From Azolla caroliniana (lineage: Eukaryota; Plantae; Polypodiophyta), in assembly GCA_043228905.1 (NCBI GenBank), contig JBHGNT010000017.1:1426001-1490000 (forward strand): a stretch of 64,000 nt of DNA, read 5' to 3'. A program made the position numbers and the translations under genes. The notes under the pieces were generated by a model. It saw nothing but the letters and a program-made list of their open reading frames with translations, searched no databases and was not told where the DNA came from. Shown in pieces: positions 51,501 to 64,000 of this stretch. The number at the start of each line of letters is the position of its first letter. Position 1 is the first letter of the stretch.

Positions 51501-54382
51501 TTTGCTTCGTCCGTGGTCCCTAGGTTCACCTCTTCCAATTGCGACGCTTTTACGCGCTGTGAAACGGCCATTTCCCGTTCCAACGCTTCCTGCGGTTGCC
51601 GTAACTCCCGGATTGCGTCTTTATCCGGTTCTGCTTCAGCCTCTTCTGGTTGCGGTAAGTATGGTGCTACTGCTTCGGCAATGTCAATTTCGAAGAGGGG
51701 TATGATCTTCGGGTTTTCCTACAAGTACTGAGCTTCTTCTTCGTCAGCTAACCCTTCTAGCATGTTGACGCATTCCGCATATAATGGTGTACATTCCTTG
51801 CTAGTGCTCGTCCTTGGCTGTGTTGGTACCCGTACCTTGGCTTTTCCTCGCCGGAAGGTAATTATATTTTTCCTCCAATTCTGTTTGATATGTGCCGTTT
51901 TCAACCACGGCCGTCCCAACAGTAGCGGGTATGTTCCTTGTGCCTGTAATTGTAGCACTACTGCCGAGATGTCAAATGTATGACCGCCGACGGTGACTTC
52001 TAATTTCCGTATTAATCCTGTCGGCCGCACTGAGCTTGTATCGGCCATCCACAACCAGAACGGACATGGCTCCCACTCGTGGATTCCTAGGGCATCACAC
52101 GTCCGGAGGCTTATTACATTCACCACAGAGCCTCCGTCTATAACTGTGCCGGGGAGTTCTTTCCCTTTTACAATGGTAGTGATTACCGGATTGTTGGTGT
52201 CCACCACCGTTGGTCCCTCCTCCGGATTCGAGAAGAGTACCGGTGCCGGTGATGATTCTCCTGTCGTCATGGCCGTCTTCAGTCCTTCCGTGAATGTTGG
52301 CACGAGTTGTAGGAGTCTTCCGAGTGGCAGCGTAATCTGGCATTCTTGCAACGCCTGCCATGTCTCGTTCTCGGAGTGACTACCGCCGGCAAGCCCTACG
52401 GTGTTTTCCTTTTGCCGCTTTAAGTCTGTGACATTCTGCTCGTTTGCTTTCTTCACCCATTCCGTCGCTTGTTTCCGGATGGTCTCCTGTGTCTCCCATT
52501 CCTTGGCCATGCCCTTCGACCTTGTGGTCACCTGCTGCAGATCTGCCACCTCAGGGACTACCATATTTACCGCCGATCGTTTTTCATAGCTCTTCACCAG
52601 GCATTGATTACTATAATGGCCTTCATGTCGGCAGTAGTAGCAGTAGGCTTTCCGGGTATTGCTGGATTCAGCATTGTCTGTTGTACCCGGGGTAGGTCCT
52701 GCGGTACGCGTAGGGTTTTGGGCCGGTTGGCTGCTTGAAGCTCCTTGTTCCGGATCCCGTGGGTAGCCGCCTTTTTTGAAATGCCGTTTTTTGTTATAGC
52801 TCTTCTTATTGCGGTACTCTTGACGAGGTTGCTCGTTATATCTGCCGTATTCCTCTCGTTGCTGACGATACCCGGGGGAGTGCTCCCGGTCGTAATGTTC
52901 GTATCGTCTATTGTAATCCCGGTACCGATCATGCCTGTCATAGTTATTCCGCCGATTGTCGTACCAGACATCATTCTCCCGTCAATCGCCGTACCGGACA
53001 TCCTGTGCCGGTCGGTCGCGGTCCATTCGCCGCCAGCGTTCCTCTTCTTCATCCTGGCTGCTGCGTGGCTCAATTTGTCGGACGGGCGGTGCTTGCCGGT
53101 TCAATAGATTATACTCGCACCTATCTGTCGTATGGCCCTTGGATTGACAGATTACACATTGCGTCCTCATAGTGCATTCTAGAGCCGAGTGTCCGGAATT
53201 CAAGCAGGTTGTGCACTGTATTGCTTGCCGAAACTGGAGGTCTTCATCGGATGGTAACGCCCATTGGAGTGCTCCCAGTGTGAGCCAGGAGCTTGTCTTT
53301 TCCATCTCTCTCACCCGGTCAATGACCTGGTCGATGGTACTTGTGCGGAAGTCAATTACCGTGCAAACCATGCGTAGGGGTTCCCGGAGCGCGTTTAGGA
53401 ATATAGTCCGTAATTCCTCCTCCGAGGGTGCGCGGGCAAGCTGACTATGCATCCGTTGAAACCGGATGACAAACTAGGGAATGCTCTCCCCTGCTTCCTG
53501 TCGGATGGTATAAAATAAGCCTACCATTACGGTCTGGTCCACCTCCTTTTGGAAAGAATGCAAGAATTTAGCTTTTAAATCTGCAAAGGTGTTGATAGTA
53601 GACGAGTCCTGCGTCCGGCGCCATCTTGCTGCCGGTCCCTCCAATGTGACGCAAAATTCCGCTATCTTAGAGCGTTCTTCTTCATCCGGGGTCAATCGCT
53701 GGGACACATGGTTGGCTTCCCATGCCTGTTCAAAGGCGTGCACATGAGCTTCCGCGTCCGGATCATCTCTATACTTGGAGTACTGGAACGGCATGTCGTC
53801 GTCCGGTATCGGTGCGCGGGCTGGCAGTGTTGGTGCTCGTTCCGGAAATTTCTCCGACGTCGGTGGTCTTTCCCGATTTGTTTCTGGCATCGGTGGTTTT
53901 TCCTCTTCTTTTGGTGACGGAGGCCTCTCCTCTTCGACTTCCGGTGTCGGAGGTCGCTCTTCCTCTGCTGGTTCCGGGGGTTCCAGCGTTAGCACTTCCG
54001 GTTTCGGTGTCGGTAAGGTATCCGATCCTTCGTCCTCCGGTCCGCCTGGGGTTTCGTTGCTGCTACGGTAGTTCGTGTGCACGTTGTATTCCCCTTCGGA
54101 GTCCGATTCATATGCTTAAAAGGCTTCTGCTTCGCCTTCTCCATTTGCCAACGCGTGGAGAAGGGATTCGGTTTCCCTGAGGTTGCTTAGGCTACTGCCG
54201 TCGTCCGGGTGCGATGTTTGCTGTAACCAGAGGGAGTCCTCCGCTACTCTCCGGATTACGTTGGAAAACGAGCGATCCGCTCTAATTTCCTACGCCGCTT
54301 GCTGGAAAGCCTCACGTCTCCTTTGCCTTTCGGCAAGGCGTCGAGTTCGGTCTGTAACTAGGTCGTGCGTTGATCTAGACAT
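48595..54382 (-). pseudogene. gag-pol of nested Gypsy (one frame, interrupted by stops; frameshift near GPY motif)
   Basis: ORF pieces starting 54082, 53452, 52597, 51583 and 50116 share one frame from ATG 54382. Protease VIDGGS; RT 'WLSPIVVVPKKNGKIRVCVDYRKLN..FLDDF'; RNase H FVDAS..EREAL; integrase HCGVAGGH..CDLC..DYCTKWVEA..ISDQG..QANGLAE. Confidence 0.92.
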
Positions 54383-57300
54383 CCATCTGTGCCGTCTTTC
54401 GTTGCAAAAACAGGAATCGTGGTCGCCAAAAACTGTGTTAACTCTTAGAGCCGGACAATGGCCTAACACAGGGTGTCTACGGAATACACCTCACCAAAGG
54501 GTGTTACGGCAACAGGATTAAACTCAACGATTAATCCGACTTAATTAAGTTACTTAGCATGATTGCTTTCATAATCACACGCGTAAGATATAACAATTAA
54601 GGTAGAACGGCAATTAACACAGAGAGATAACAACACTAAGCTTTATTAATTAACCGCTCCTCATTACATTGTATCCGGGCCTTTAAATAGGTTTCCGGTC
54701 TGTATTACAAAACAGTGCCATCCGCACCTATTCGGGATCGGTCCGGATCCGGAACGGCATACCGATTCCGGTCCGTCTGTCCACACTCATAGCTTAATTA
54801 CAACCACATTCCTACTACTTAAATAACTCTCCGTTTCCCACTTTGGACTCCTTTGCCGGCCGGTAACAAGAGGCATTCGTAATGACGTGACAATGTGATG
54901 GGCCACATGGGCCTACTACGAAAAGAGGGCTCATTTGGCTTGACCATTGGGTTGCACTTAGGCGTATGCCATCGTAATTACGAGACTTGAGGTTAGGTAA
55001 CGTACCAACGTAGTTGTAGTAAATGAGGGAGAAATAAGGACTCTTGACATATATATTTCTTTTAAAAAAACATATATGGGCAAACGCCTCACATATCTTT
55101 TATACGCATGAAACATTAAACATTCAAGAAGAACAACTTACTTGGTTGGCTCAAATGTTTAATGCATTTGTTCTCGAGGTCTCGAGTTCAAATATGACCA
55201 AGACCATACAACATCATTGATACATATGACTATAATACAACATCATTGATACATATGACTATAACACATGTTTAGACTTGAGGTCTAAGTGCACTTCAAG
55301 GTCCTCGTAAAAGGAGTTAAAGAGCCGAAACCACATATGTGGGCGCAGAAACATAGTTTATTGTTAACATTTTTTTCGTGTATAAACTATTCATGACGTG
55401 AACATACATGGTTGAGCCTCGGGGAGCCACCATGAAAAATTCGATATAGAGATCAGGGAAAGACATTTATTTGTCACCCCCATGGTTTTTAAAACACCTT
55501 TGTGTTACCATAGTAACCTGATCTTGAACCTCATCTCATATGTCTAGAGGAGTATTGACATGAGATCATGCTATCGATTAATGTTGGCCCATGATATGTT
55601 TACATCACGACATGATGTTATGACTATCTCTTTGACCTTATCCTATTTCTTTTCTAGAAATAATCATTTAATGGCTCAAAATAACGACCCGATGTCATCC
55701 GCTCAAGCGGAAGGAACTCAAGGGAATCCTCCTAGACAAATGTCCATTGAGATGTATTTTTCGCAAATAACCCAATACCTTAGTTTCACCGCTCAATAGA
55801 TGACCGAACTTCGGCAATCTCAAAGTGCTCTCGAGGCACGTGTCATTAGTCTAAAACATGAGACTAATAGACCTAATGAGCGATAGGATGAACCATCGTT
55901 TGTCATTAAGCCATTTACGGGAGACAAAAAGGAAAGAACCGAAGAAGCAATCTGCACGTGGCTGGGTCAATGGGAGTCTCATTTTGAGCTCTATCCCACG
56001 CCAGATAGTACGAAGATTGCATATGTCGGCCAAGAACTAGGGGGTAAGGCCGCCGCTTGGTGGCGTGGGCTTCGTACTTTGGGGAAATTGCCCGATACCT
56101 GGACAGATTTTGTCACAATTTTCAAGGGCCAATTTCTACAACCTCCCTCTCGAACCGAGGCAACACAAGCTTTAATGAACCTCTCTAGTCGGAAATTTTC
56201 CTCGCTAGAAGACTATGTCCACCATGCTAGAACCCAAATCCAAAAATCGGGTCTAGAAGGGGACAATTGGTTAATAGCTTGTTTTGTCAATGGCATCCCC
56301 AATTCGGACTATCACTGGATAGTGCACGATAAGGATCCAAAATCCTTCGAAGAGGCTGTTGAAATAGTTCTTCGCTATTAACGCACTTCGAAGAAGGACC
56401 ACAATAAACCCAACGAAGCGCCCGGGACTAAGCAGTCGCAATTCACTGGGAAACGCAAGACACCCAACAAATTCATGGATCGCGATTGTAAGCGACAACA
56501 TCCTTTTTGCGTATTTTGCAAAAAGAAGGGTCATACAAAAGATCAATGTCGAAAGCTCCAACGGAAAGAGCACGACAACAAAGCTAAAGTTGCAGACCAT
56601 AAAGGTCAGATTCCTAATGTCCTTCAGGTCTATACACATCATTTAAGTAATTGTCAATGTTCTTTCCCTCACTATGTATTGGGTACCAATGATTTACTAC
56701 GTGCAAACGGGTATATCAATGGATCTCCCGTACAATTTTTATTTGATTCGGGAAGCTCACACAATTTTGTGAATGATCGTTTGGTTTAGATATGGGGAAT
56801 CCAACCCACCGTAAGTGATCACACCTACACGGTGCACTTGGCTGATGGAAGAGTACAGTACATCAATGGGGCGATTCATTCATTAGGAATTTCTATTGAC
56901 ACTTATATAGAGGAAGTAGACTTCCATGTAATGAATCTTTGTACCACTAATGTAATACTGGGTTATCCCTAGTTCTATAATAAAAGCTCTTCTTTATCTA
57001 TTGATTGGGTTCATCATTCAATTACATTTGTATTGAACAATTGTACTCATTTTATTCAATTTGTAAAAAAACAATCCCTCTCGATTGTTTCCTCGTGTCC
57101 ATCAATATTTGAGTTGTCTTGTTCAACTCTATTCACGTTTACAATATCGATAATGTCTCGATTCAATTAACATATTTTGAACAACAACAACTTGATAAAA
57201 TCTTAAATGATTTTCGTGATGTTTTTCCGAGTGAACTACCAGCTGGCTTACCTCCTAAACGTAATATAGACCATCGTATAGATATTGTACCTGGTGTTGC

Positions 57301-59075
57301 ACCAATAAGTATACCTCCTTATCGCTTAAGTCAATCTGAAGAGGATGAGGTATCTAAGCAACTCAAGGACTATTTACGAATGGGTTATATACATTATAGT
57401 AAATCTCCATGGGGTGCACCAGTTCTCTTGGTTAAAAAGAAAGAGGGCACATGGTGTATGTGTATTAATTACCGACGCTTGAATAAAGTGACGATCAAGA
57501 ATTCGTATCCATTGCCCCGGGTTGACGATCTAATTGACCGTCTCCAAGGAGCTCGGTATTTGACGATCTAATTGACCGTCTCCAAGGAGCTCAGTATTTT
57601 ACGAAACTTGATCTCCGTACTAGCTACCATCAAATTCGTATAAGTGAGGACGGTGTTCCTAAAACGACATTTCGTACGCGCTATGGCCATTATGAGTTTT
57701 TGGTTATGCCTTTTGGTTTGACCAATGCTCTAGCTACATTTCAACAAGAAATGAATGACATTTTCCGAGAACAACTTGGAAAATTTGTCGTTATTTTCTT
57801 GGATGATATTTTAGTTTATAGCCGTACATTACAAGAACATGCTAAACATGTCCGCTTTGTTTTACAAGCATTGCGTGACAAACAGTTTTACGCGAAGATC
57901 TCAAAATGTGAGTTCTTCAAGAAATCAATTACTTATCTTGGACATTTCATAACCAAACGAGGAGTTGAAATTGATCCTTCTCGCATTGAGAAAATCAAGC
58001 TTTGGCCCACTCTTCGGAATATTCGAGAAGTTCGAGATCATTCCTTGGTTTTGTCGGGTTTTTGCGAAAATCCCTTCGTAATTACTCCCAATTGACGACG
58101 CCGTTTACTAATCTTCTAAAAGGTCAAACGTGTAAGTCTACAAAACCTATTGTGTGGAATGCTACACTAGACCTCGCCTTTAAGGAACTCAAGAACCTGG
58201 TTTGCAAGGCTCCTTCACTTCTTTTACCCAATCCTTCAAAACCTTTTGAGGTTGAAACCGATGCAAGCGATTATGCTATAGGTGTTGTCTTATATCAAGA
58301 TGGTAAACCAATAGCATTCGAGAGTACGAAACTTGATTATGCTCAATGTCGGTATACTGTTCAAGAAAAGGAATTATTTGCAATTATATATGCGCTCAAA
58401 ACATGGCGCCATTATCTTTATGGAAATCGCTTTGTGGTAACTACGGACCACGAGTCCTTGAAATATTTTTGTGACCAACGAGACCTGAAAGGTCGTAAGG
58501 CACGATGGGATGAACTCATCCAGGACTTTGATTTTTCCATACGATATCGTAAAGGTTCCATGAATATTGTCATTGATGCACTAAGTCGCATCCGTGAAGT
58601 TAACATGCTTCGCTTCACTGAAATACCATCAGATCTTTATGATCACCTTCGAGGAAAGTATCCTGATGACAATTATTTTGCAAAATATTGGGCAAGAGTT
58701 GAGTCTGGAACAGACACCACCACATCCTCGAAGGAATACTTCCACATTGCTAACGGTCTGCTCTACCGTAATGGGAAGGTTTGTGTTCCAGATTTACCTG
58801 AGCTCAAAAAGAGAATTCTTTTTTAATGCCATGATGCACCCTCAACAGGGCACCCTGGAATACATCATACACTCATTCTCATCTCCACTCAATTTTATTG
58901 GCCTAAGATGCGTCCTAACATACATAGCTATGTGTCTAAATGTCACCAATGTCAGGTTAACAAAGCCGAGCGACTTAAAGCCGCAGGATGTTTACATCCC
59001 TTGAACATTCCCAATAATAAGTGGGAAAGTATATCCATGGATTTTATTGTTAGCCTTCCTCGCACCCAAAAAGGG

Positions 59076-60524
59076 TGTCCGTTGAGGTACTGCCATCTCT
59101 ATTTCAAAGTCTGTTAGGCAAGGGTGTCCGTTGGCCCCTTTCCTATACTTATTAATAATTGAGGTTTTTCAAGTGTATTTTAATAATCATGCTTTAACAA
59201 TTAAAGGTTTGCAATGACGAATAGATAATACGCAAGTGCTTGATAATGAATTTGCTGATGACACATCATTATATGTGTGGATGGGGAATAATAGAATTTG
59301 CATAATGTTCAATGCGTCGTGAAAGAATTTTGTGAGTTATAAGGTGCTATTATAAGTTGGAATAACTCCATTGGTCCAATAAGAATAAAGAATAATGGAG
59401 TTTCACATTGGTTACCCTATCCGGATTTTCAATGGCTTCAACATGGGAGGCCAATACGGTATCTTAGTTGTCAAGTTGGTGTACGATCAATTTATTGCTC
59501 CTTTGTTGATTTCATTGAGGAAGAAATTGTTATTTTGGTCTACTAGGCATTTATTGTTTGGTGGAAGAATCCTAATTGCTAATCAAGTGTATCTATCTTC
59601 GACGCTCTCATCTTGGTTGTTTTCGAGATCTTATGGGGTGCATCCTGATGTAAATGCAAGATTTAAGGTTGTGTGGAAGGTGATATTATCTCCTCCTCAT
59701 GAGGGCGGATTGGGGTTGATAGACCCAATGTTTCAATGTAAAGTATTAATTGGGAAATTTGTTGTAAGAAGTATGCTGCTAGGGAATGAACCATGGAAAT
59801 TGCTACTTCATGAACGTATGAAGAAATTGGTTCGTTTTATAGGTGGACATTGGAAGCCAAATCTGAGGTGGTGGTTTGTGCATGAGGATATGCCTTTGGC
59901 TTCTATTTTCACTTCGGATAAATTTTTAAACTCTTTGTCAAGAGCTTGGAAATGTTTGTTGCCTAATCTTGTTCATAAACATCTTACATGGGCAGACAAG
60001 TGGAAAAGGCAACCCATTTGCTAGAACCCCTTGATTTAGGATGATTATGGTAATATGTTGGGAAGAAGGACAAGATTAAATTGGGTGGCGGTTGATGATG
60101 CATTTGCGGTTAATATCGGTACTTGGTTGAACTTTAATCAATTGTCTAGGGATGTTAAGGAGCAAGCCTTGAAATCAATAAGAGGTGGTAAGTTAACGTT
60201 CCGAGAGATAAGTAATGCTTGTAACAGGGTCTTGCGTTCTTCTTTTAAGTCAAACTGTGTATACTATGGGGCATTCTCTTCTTTTAATGTGTTGATTGGA
60301 GCAAGAGCTTATACATCTAATGAATCCTTCTTCAATATGTAATGGCTTTTGAGGGAAAATGGCAATGGGTACCTATGGAGGATGATGTTCTCAATTTAGT
60401 GGAGTGGAAGCCTATTAGGGTGGTTGCAAAAACAAGAAAGGTATGTACTATTGATCCTCATCCCAAATTATTCACCTCGTGTGAATGGTCCTATTCTACA
60501 TGGAGAACAGTATACATATTCTAA
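59076..60524 (+). mobile_element. LINE (L1-like) ORF2 fragment
   Basis: 'SVRQGCPLAPFLY', 'EFADDTSLY', 'GGRILIANQV', 'SPPHEGGLGLIDP'; degenerate. Confidence 0.85.
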
Positions 60525-60589
60525 AAGGGAAGAAATTCCTTCAGTTTATTAATTGACACATGTTGATGCTTGTTAGGCTTTATACGGAA

Positions 60590-61530
60590 TTATAGTTGTG
60601 CTAGGTATATACTTATCAATATCTTTAGAAAATTTTGGGCAATATTTTGCCAAATGACCAAATCCAAAACAACGAAAGGCAAGCCGCTATACAAGATTTT
60701 ATGAGAATAAGATGCCTGCCTTGGGTCAAGTAAATTGGGCAACAAGATATTTGAGGGCATAAACTCTGGACATAGAAATAAAAAGTTTTGTAGATGCAAC
60801 TCCCATATACTTATCTTGAATCTGACGGGCTTATCGTAAGTTTCCAAAACTATACAAATAGTGCCAACAATCAAATGCACAAAAGACGCCAATTCTTTAT
60901 GCAAATTGGGAAACACTGCCAGACATGTGTGGTATAGATGTAAATCATGAAGTACCTTATTTGCGGAGAAGTTGTGAATCCACTTTGTGGAAGGAAGCCC
61001 ATCCTCCCTTGACTGCCAACACCTGATAGTAATTTCAACCAAGCATCTGTACGTCAAAATCTTGTTTCAAAGAAACTTGCAACAACAAATGAAGATCAGC
61101 GCACCTAGGACGAATGCCCAAAACATGCGTAATGATAGTCCTCTTCTCGAGACGCTGAATCTCTCTTACGATCTTGTGTTCGATCTTGTTCCGACAACAG
61201 AAGCTCTACTACGCTGTCTAAAATAGGTGGGATGTCCGGGTTAGCTGTATGGGAGCCCCGGTTAGACTGTTTACTACGGCGCAGCAGCTGCTCCTGATTC
61301 GCGGCAGTGAGGCAGGTCGAAGCAACTGAGCTGGCTGCGGCATGGAGGCCACCGGTTTGTTCGCAGCTATTGTGGCAAACGTGACAACCCCTAAGCATAC
61401 CGCGGCATGAGCTGAACACCCATCAACAACAGCCGGTAAACAGGCTAAGCGGTGGCAAGTTGGAGGGTTTTAGGCGGAGCGGCGGGAGCCTGGGCGGTGG
61501 CAGGTTTATGACGGCATTCATCGCGCTTAT
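60590..61530 (-). mobile_element. Probable LINE ORF1/5' end fragment
   Basis: Minus strand ~60640-60700 reads 'LYSGLP..RCFGFGHLAKYCP' across a frameshift, like the plant L1 ORF1 zinc knuckle region. GC-rich upstream part. Confidence 0.5.
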
Positions 61531-61544
61531 CTCTAGGAATATCA

Positions 61545-64000
61545 TTAAAACCCTTGGCACACCACCAAAAAGACCAACTAAAGATGCAAAAATCTAGTAG
61601 GAGGAATTGCCAGAAGAGGTTGTCAAATTCCATCCTTCTTGGACCCAAATTGCTAAACCAAAACACTCCATTTCCCCATTATTACTACATATCCTTCTAT
61701 TATCACTATAATGTACAATCATTTGTTTTTGGAACAAAAAAAAAAACAATCAGTTGTCCATATTAAGCCACAATTGTTATAAGGAATTCCCATGATATCT
61801 TGATCACAAGTTAATAATTGCTTTGTAGAATTATATTCTTATGAATGACATTTGTCGCCCCCTTATCTATATCCCTCCACGTGTTCTTTGAAACCCCCTA
61901 GTGAAACTGAACAAATCGCTCTAGTTTCATAAATTCTACATGATTAGTGAGTTACTAACGATTCCTTTTCAATTATATGATACAATGAATTGCGTTTTTA
62001 TCATAGAATACACAACAAGGATCGAAAGAGCATTCCTTTTTCCATGGTCTTACTGCATTGTAGGATAGAAACTAACTTAGATATGGCATGAACTATACGA
62101 TAAATTATCAAAATTTGGACTTCGGTATGCAGGAATGGCAGAAGGGGCTAGACAGTTGGATGGTAAATTGCACTGGGACCATTTGATATGAAACAACAAT
62201 TGTCTCAATATATTATACATTGTGCCTCTTAAATCAGCCTTACCTTTTGAACTTACAGAAGCGATGAACCGTCTTTCAAAAACTATGTAAGGGATGGATA
62301 CACACAGAATACATGGAATAAAATGATGATGATAAATGTCTTTCCAGGATTATTTTTTGAATGAATGGATGAACTTTTGTATGTTAGTATATGATGTACC
62401 ACCACATTGAGTAGCCCTCTTTATAGCTGTTTTAAACTTTTCAGCTCTGTTTCTCATTTCACTGCCTTCATTGTCATGAAAGAGGGGAAGGCCACAAGTT
62501 AAGAGGGCCTAAGTGCCCACATGTAAGGTTGTTTGCTTGCTTTGATCCCCTCTACTATACTCTTGATGAGCTCGACCGGAGGGTTCCAAAAGAAATGTAC
62601 ACAACCGAATGCTTGGATTTCTTATCCAGCCATGCAATACAAGCATTCTCATCTTCTTGCTTCATATTCGAGTCCATCGGAAGAAGCACACGGGTCCTAT
62701 CGGATAGACGGGGATATGGAACTCTGACTCGAGTGCATGGGATGCTTCTCCTTCCAACTCCTCCAAAGTATTCAGTAAGATTGCATTGTAAAGGTTTAGT
62801 TTGTCGGAATGTGACTTGAGGAACTCAATAAAAAAACTCGATGTATCGTGCACCTGTATGAATGTGGGGAAGCTCGAAGGCAGGGTACATGTATGACATT
62901 TTCAAGGCACCTGCTCCTACTCTCATCCATTGCTTTTTCGTTGAAACTTGAGGATCACATTGTTGATGGCATGATATTTTCAAGGCACTTGCTTCTATCT
63001 CTATTATTTTGTTACAACAAAGTCTTCCAACAGACATAGGAAAAAGTAACTATTCTTTTAACATATGGTTGCCATTCGAGCACGTTATTTGATTTTTAAA
63101 CAGTCAAAGCCCTTCCATATTTTTAAAACCAATGCAGACATTCTGATTCATCCAAATCTATTCGGCACGTGAACTTTTGATTCAAAATACCTTTAGGAAA
63201 TGACATATAGTCAAAAGAAATATTCCCATTGTGGCATTCCGAGATTTATTTATTTATTTATTTATTTGAGACCAAAGTGTTTGTTGTTTTTAGAGATTGC
63301 AATTACTAAGTTACTACTACACGCTCTTTCAACGTTGGTTGTCGACCTCTCCATCGAACAGATTTTGGGGTCACGTCACTTCAAGTGGTATTAATGTTTT
63401 TTCATTATAAGGGATTTTGTGTCATAACCAATGAATATGCATTGACAATTTGGGCGTCTTAATCATGGTGATAGGTTCTAAATGCATTTTAGGAAAGGCA
63501 AATTTCCATGATTTTTTTGTTGAAGCCAATTTGCATATGATTCTAGAGAGCCATGTCTACACACTGTGGTTCTATAATAATGCATAGGGAATTTTAGAAA
63601 GCCAATTTGATGTTCACATCCAATGGTTAACTAATGTCACTTTATGTAACCTCTTGTTGTATTTCATAATACCATGAATTACTTTATGTAAATTACATCG
63701 AAATCTCTTGTGCAATTATTCAAGATGTGCACCTAGATGTGTCACATACCCAAAACAATTTTGTGTATATCTTCATTATTTTGTGTATATCTTCATTATT
63801 AACTCTCAACAAAATATTTGAAAGTCAACCAATGTATCTCACCTTCCAATTATTTAAAGGGCACATTCACCTTTTGTGGTGCAAAGAATGAGTTCACACT
63901 CTGAGCAAGGTGGTGCTATGAATGTAGTAGGCAAGGTGATCATACAAAGCTTTTACCCCATGATTCGACCTTATCCACCTAAAATCCATAGAATTTCAAT
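61545..64000 (-). repeat. Inverted, deletion-riddled duplicate of ~23650-28690 (UGT2 unit)
   Basis: Reverse complement matches the UGT2 3' flank (28690-27930), exon 2 pieces, the 78-bp repeat and the upstream region 25250-23650, without the MITE. Confidence 0.9.
62350..62886 (-). pseudogene. UGT pseudogene (copy 4): exon 1 and PSPG box deleted
   Basis: 'HDTSSFFIEFLKSHSDKLNLYNAILLNTLEELEGEAS..' with frameshifts. A junction at ~62483 joins LWPSP directly to FHD (~310 bp lost). The 5' end is fused to the 78-bp promoter repeat. Confidence 0.9.

Larger units (their letters stand above)
44935..54868 (-). mobile_element. Complete non-chromovirus Ty3/Gypsy element (Athila/Tat/Phygy-side lineage), nested
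   Basis: LTRs 44935-45368 and 54436-54868 (tgtta...taaca, highly similar), perfect TSD agagg, PBS tggcgaccacg (tRNA-Arg-like) 7 nt from the 5' LTR on the minus strand. Confidence 0.96.
43588..59075 (+). mobile_element. Defective Ty3/Gypsy (chromovirus-type RT), 3'-truncated; host of nested Gypsy
   Basis: Putative 5' LTR 43588-~44017 followed by PBS-like tggtatccaagcc (44020). Long leader split by the 44935-54868 insertion. Gag 55670-56640 with CVFCKKKGHTKDQC; protease LFDSGSSHNF; [21 protein letters not shown]; RNase H ETDASDYAIG; integrase start WESISMDFI, then broken by a LINE. A 38-bp tandem duplication at 57522-57597 shifts the RT frame. Confidence 0.85.

Noticed and set aside
47298-54521. 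Numerous + strand ORFs over the nested Gypsy
   Set aside because: Antisense shadows of GC-rich coding sequence.

Overview
Eukaryotic (land-plant, probably fern by inference from TE types and gene style) genomic DNA. The left part (1-18 kb) holds three ordinary genes: an intron-rich NAD(P)-binding Rossmann/SDR gene of the At5g10730 type whose first exon was not found, a convergent CTL/PNS1 choline-transporter-like gene, and a single-exon At1g31130/At4g19950-type membrane protein. LINE relics and a captured LRR-RLK fragment lie around them. The rest (19-64 kb) is a cluster of family-1 UDP-glycosyltransferases: two intact + strand copies, one intact - strand copy and one deleted pseudogene in an inverted duplication. 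Two nests of retroelements break up the cluster. The first is a Tcn1-like chromovirus carrying a solo LTR and a full Copia, which itself carries a hAT MITE. The second is a chromovirus-type Gypsy carrying a complete non-chromovirus Gypsy, followed by LINE pieces. Most notable: (1) all three intact UGTs appear to lack the canonical catalytic His-Asp dyad; (2) the nested Gypsy has a ~1000-codon extra ORF after pol, three Gag zinc knuckles and no visible PPT; (3) two different LTRs start with an antisense tRNA-like module; (4) a 56-bp-period hairpin array lies in a Gypsy leader. All coordinates were read by eye, and no database searches were run.
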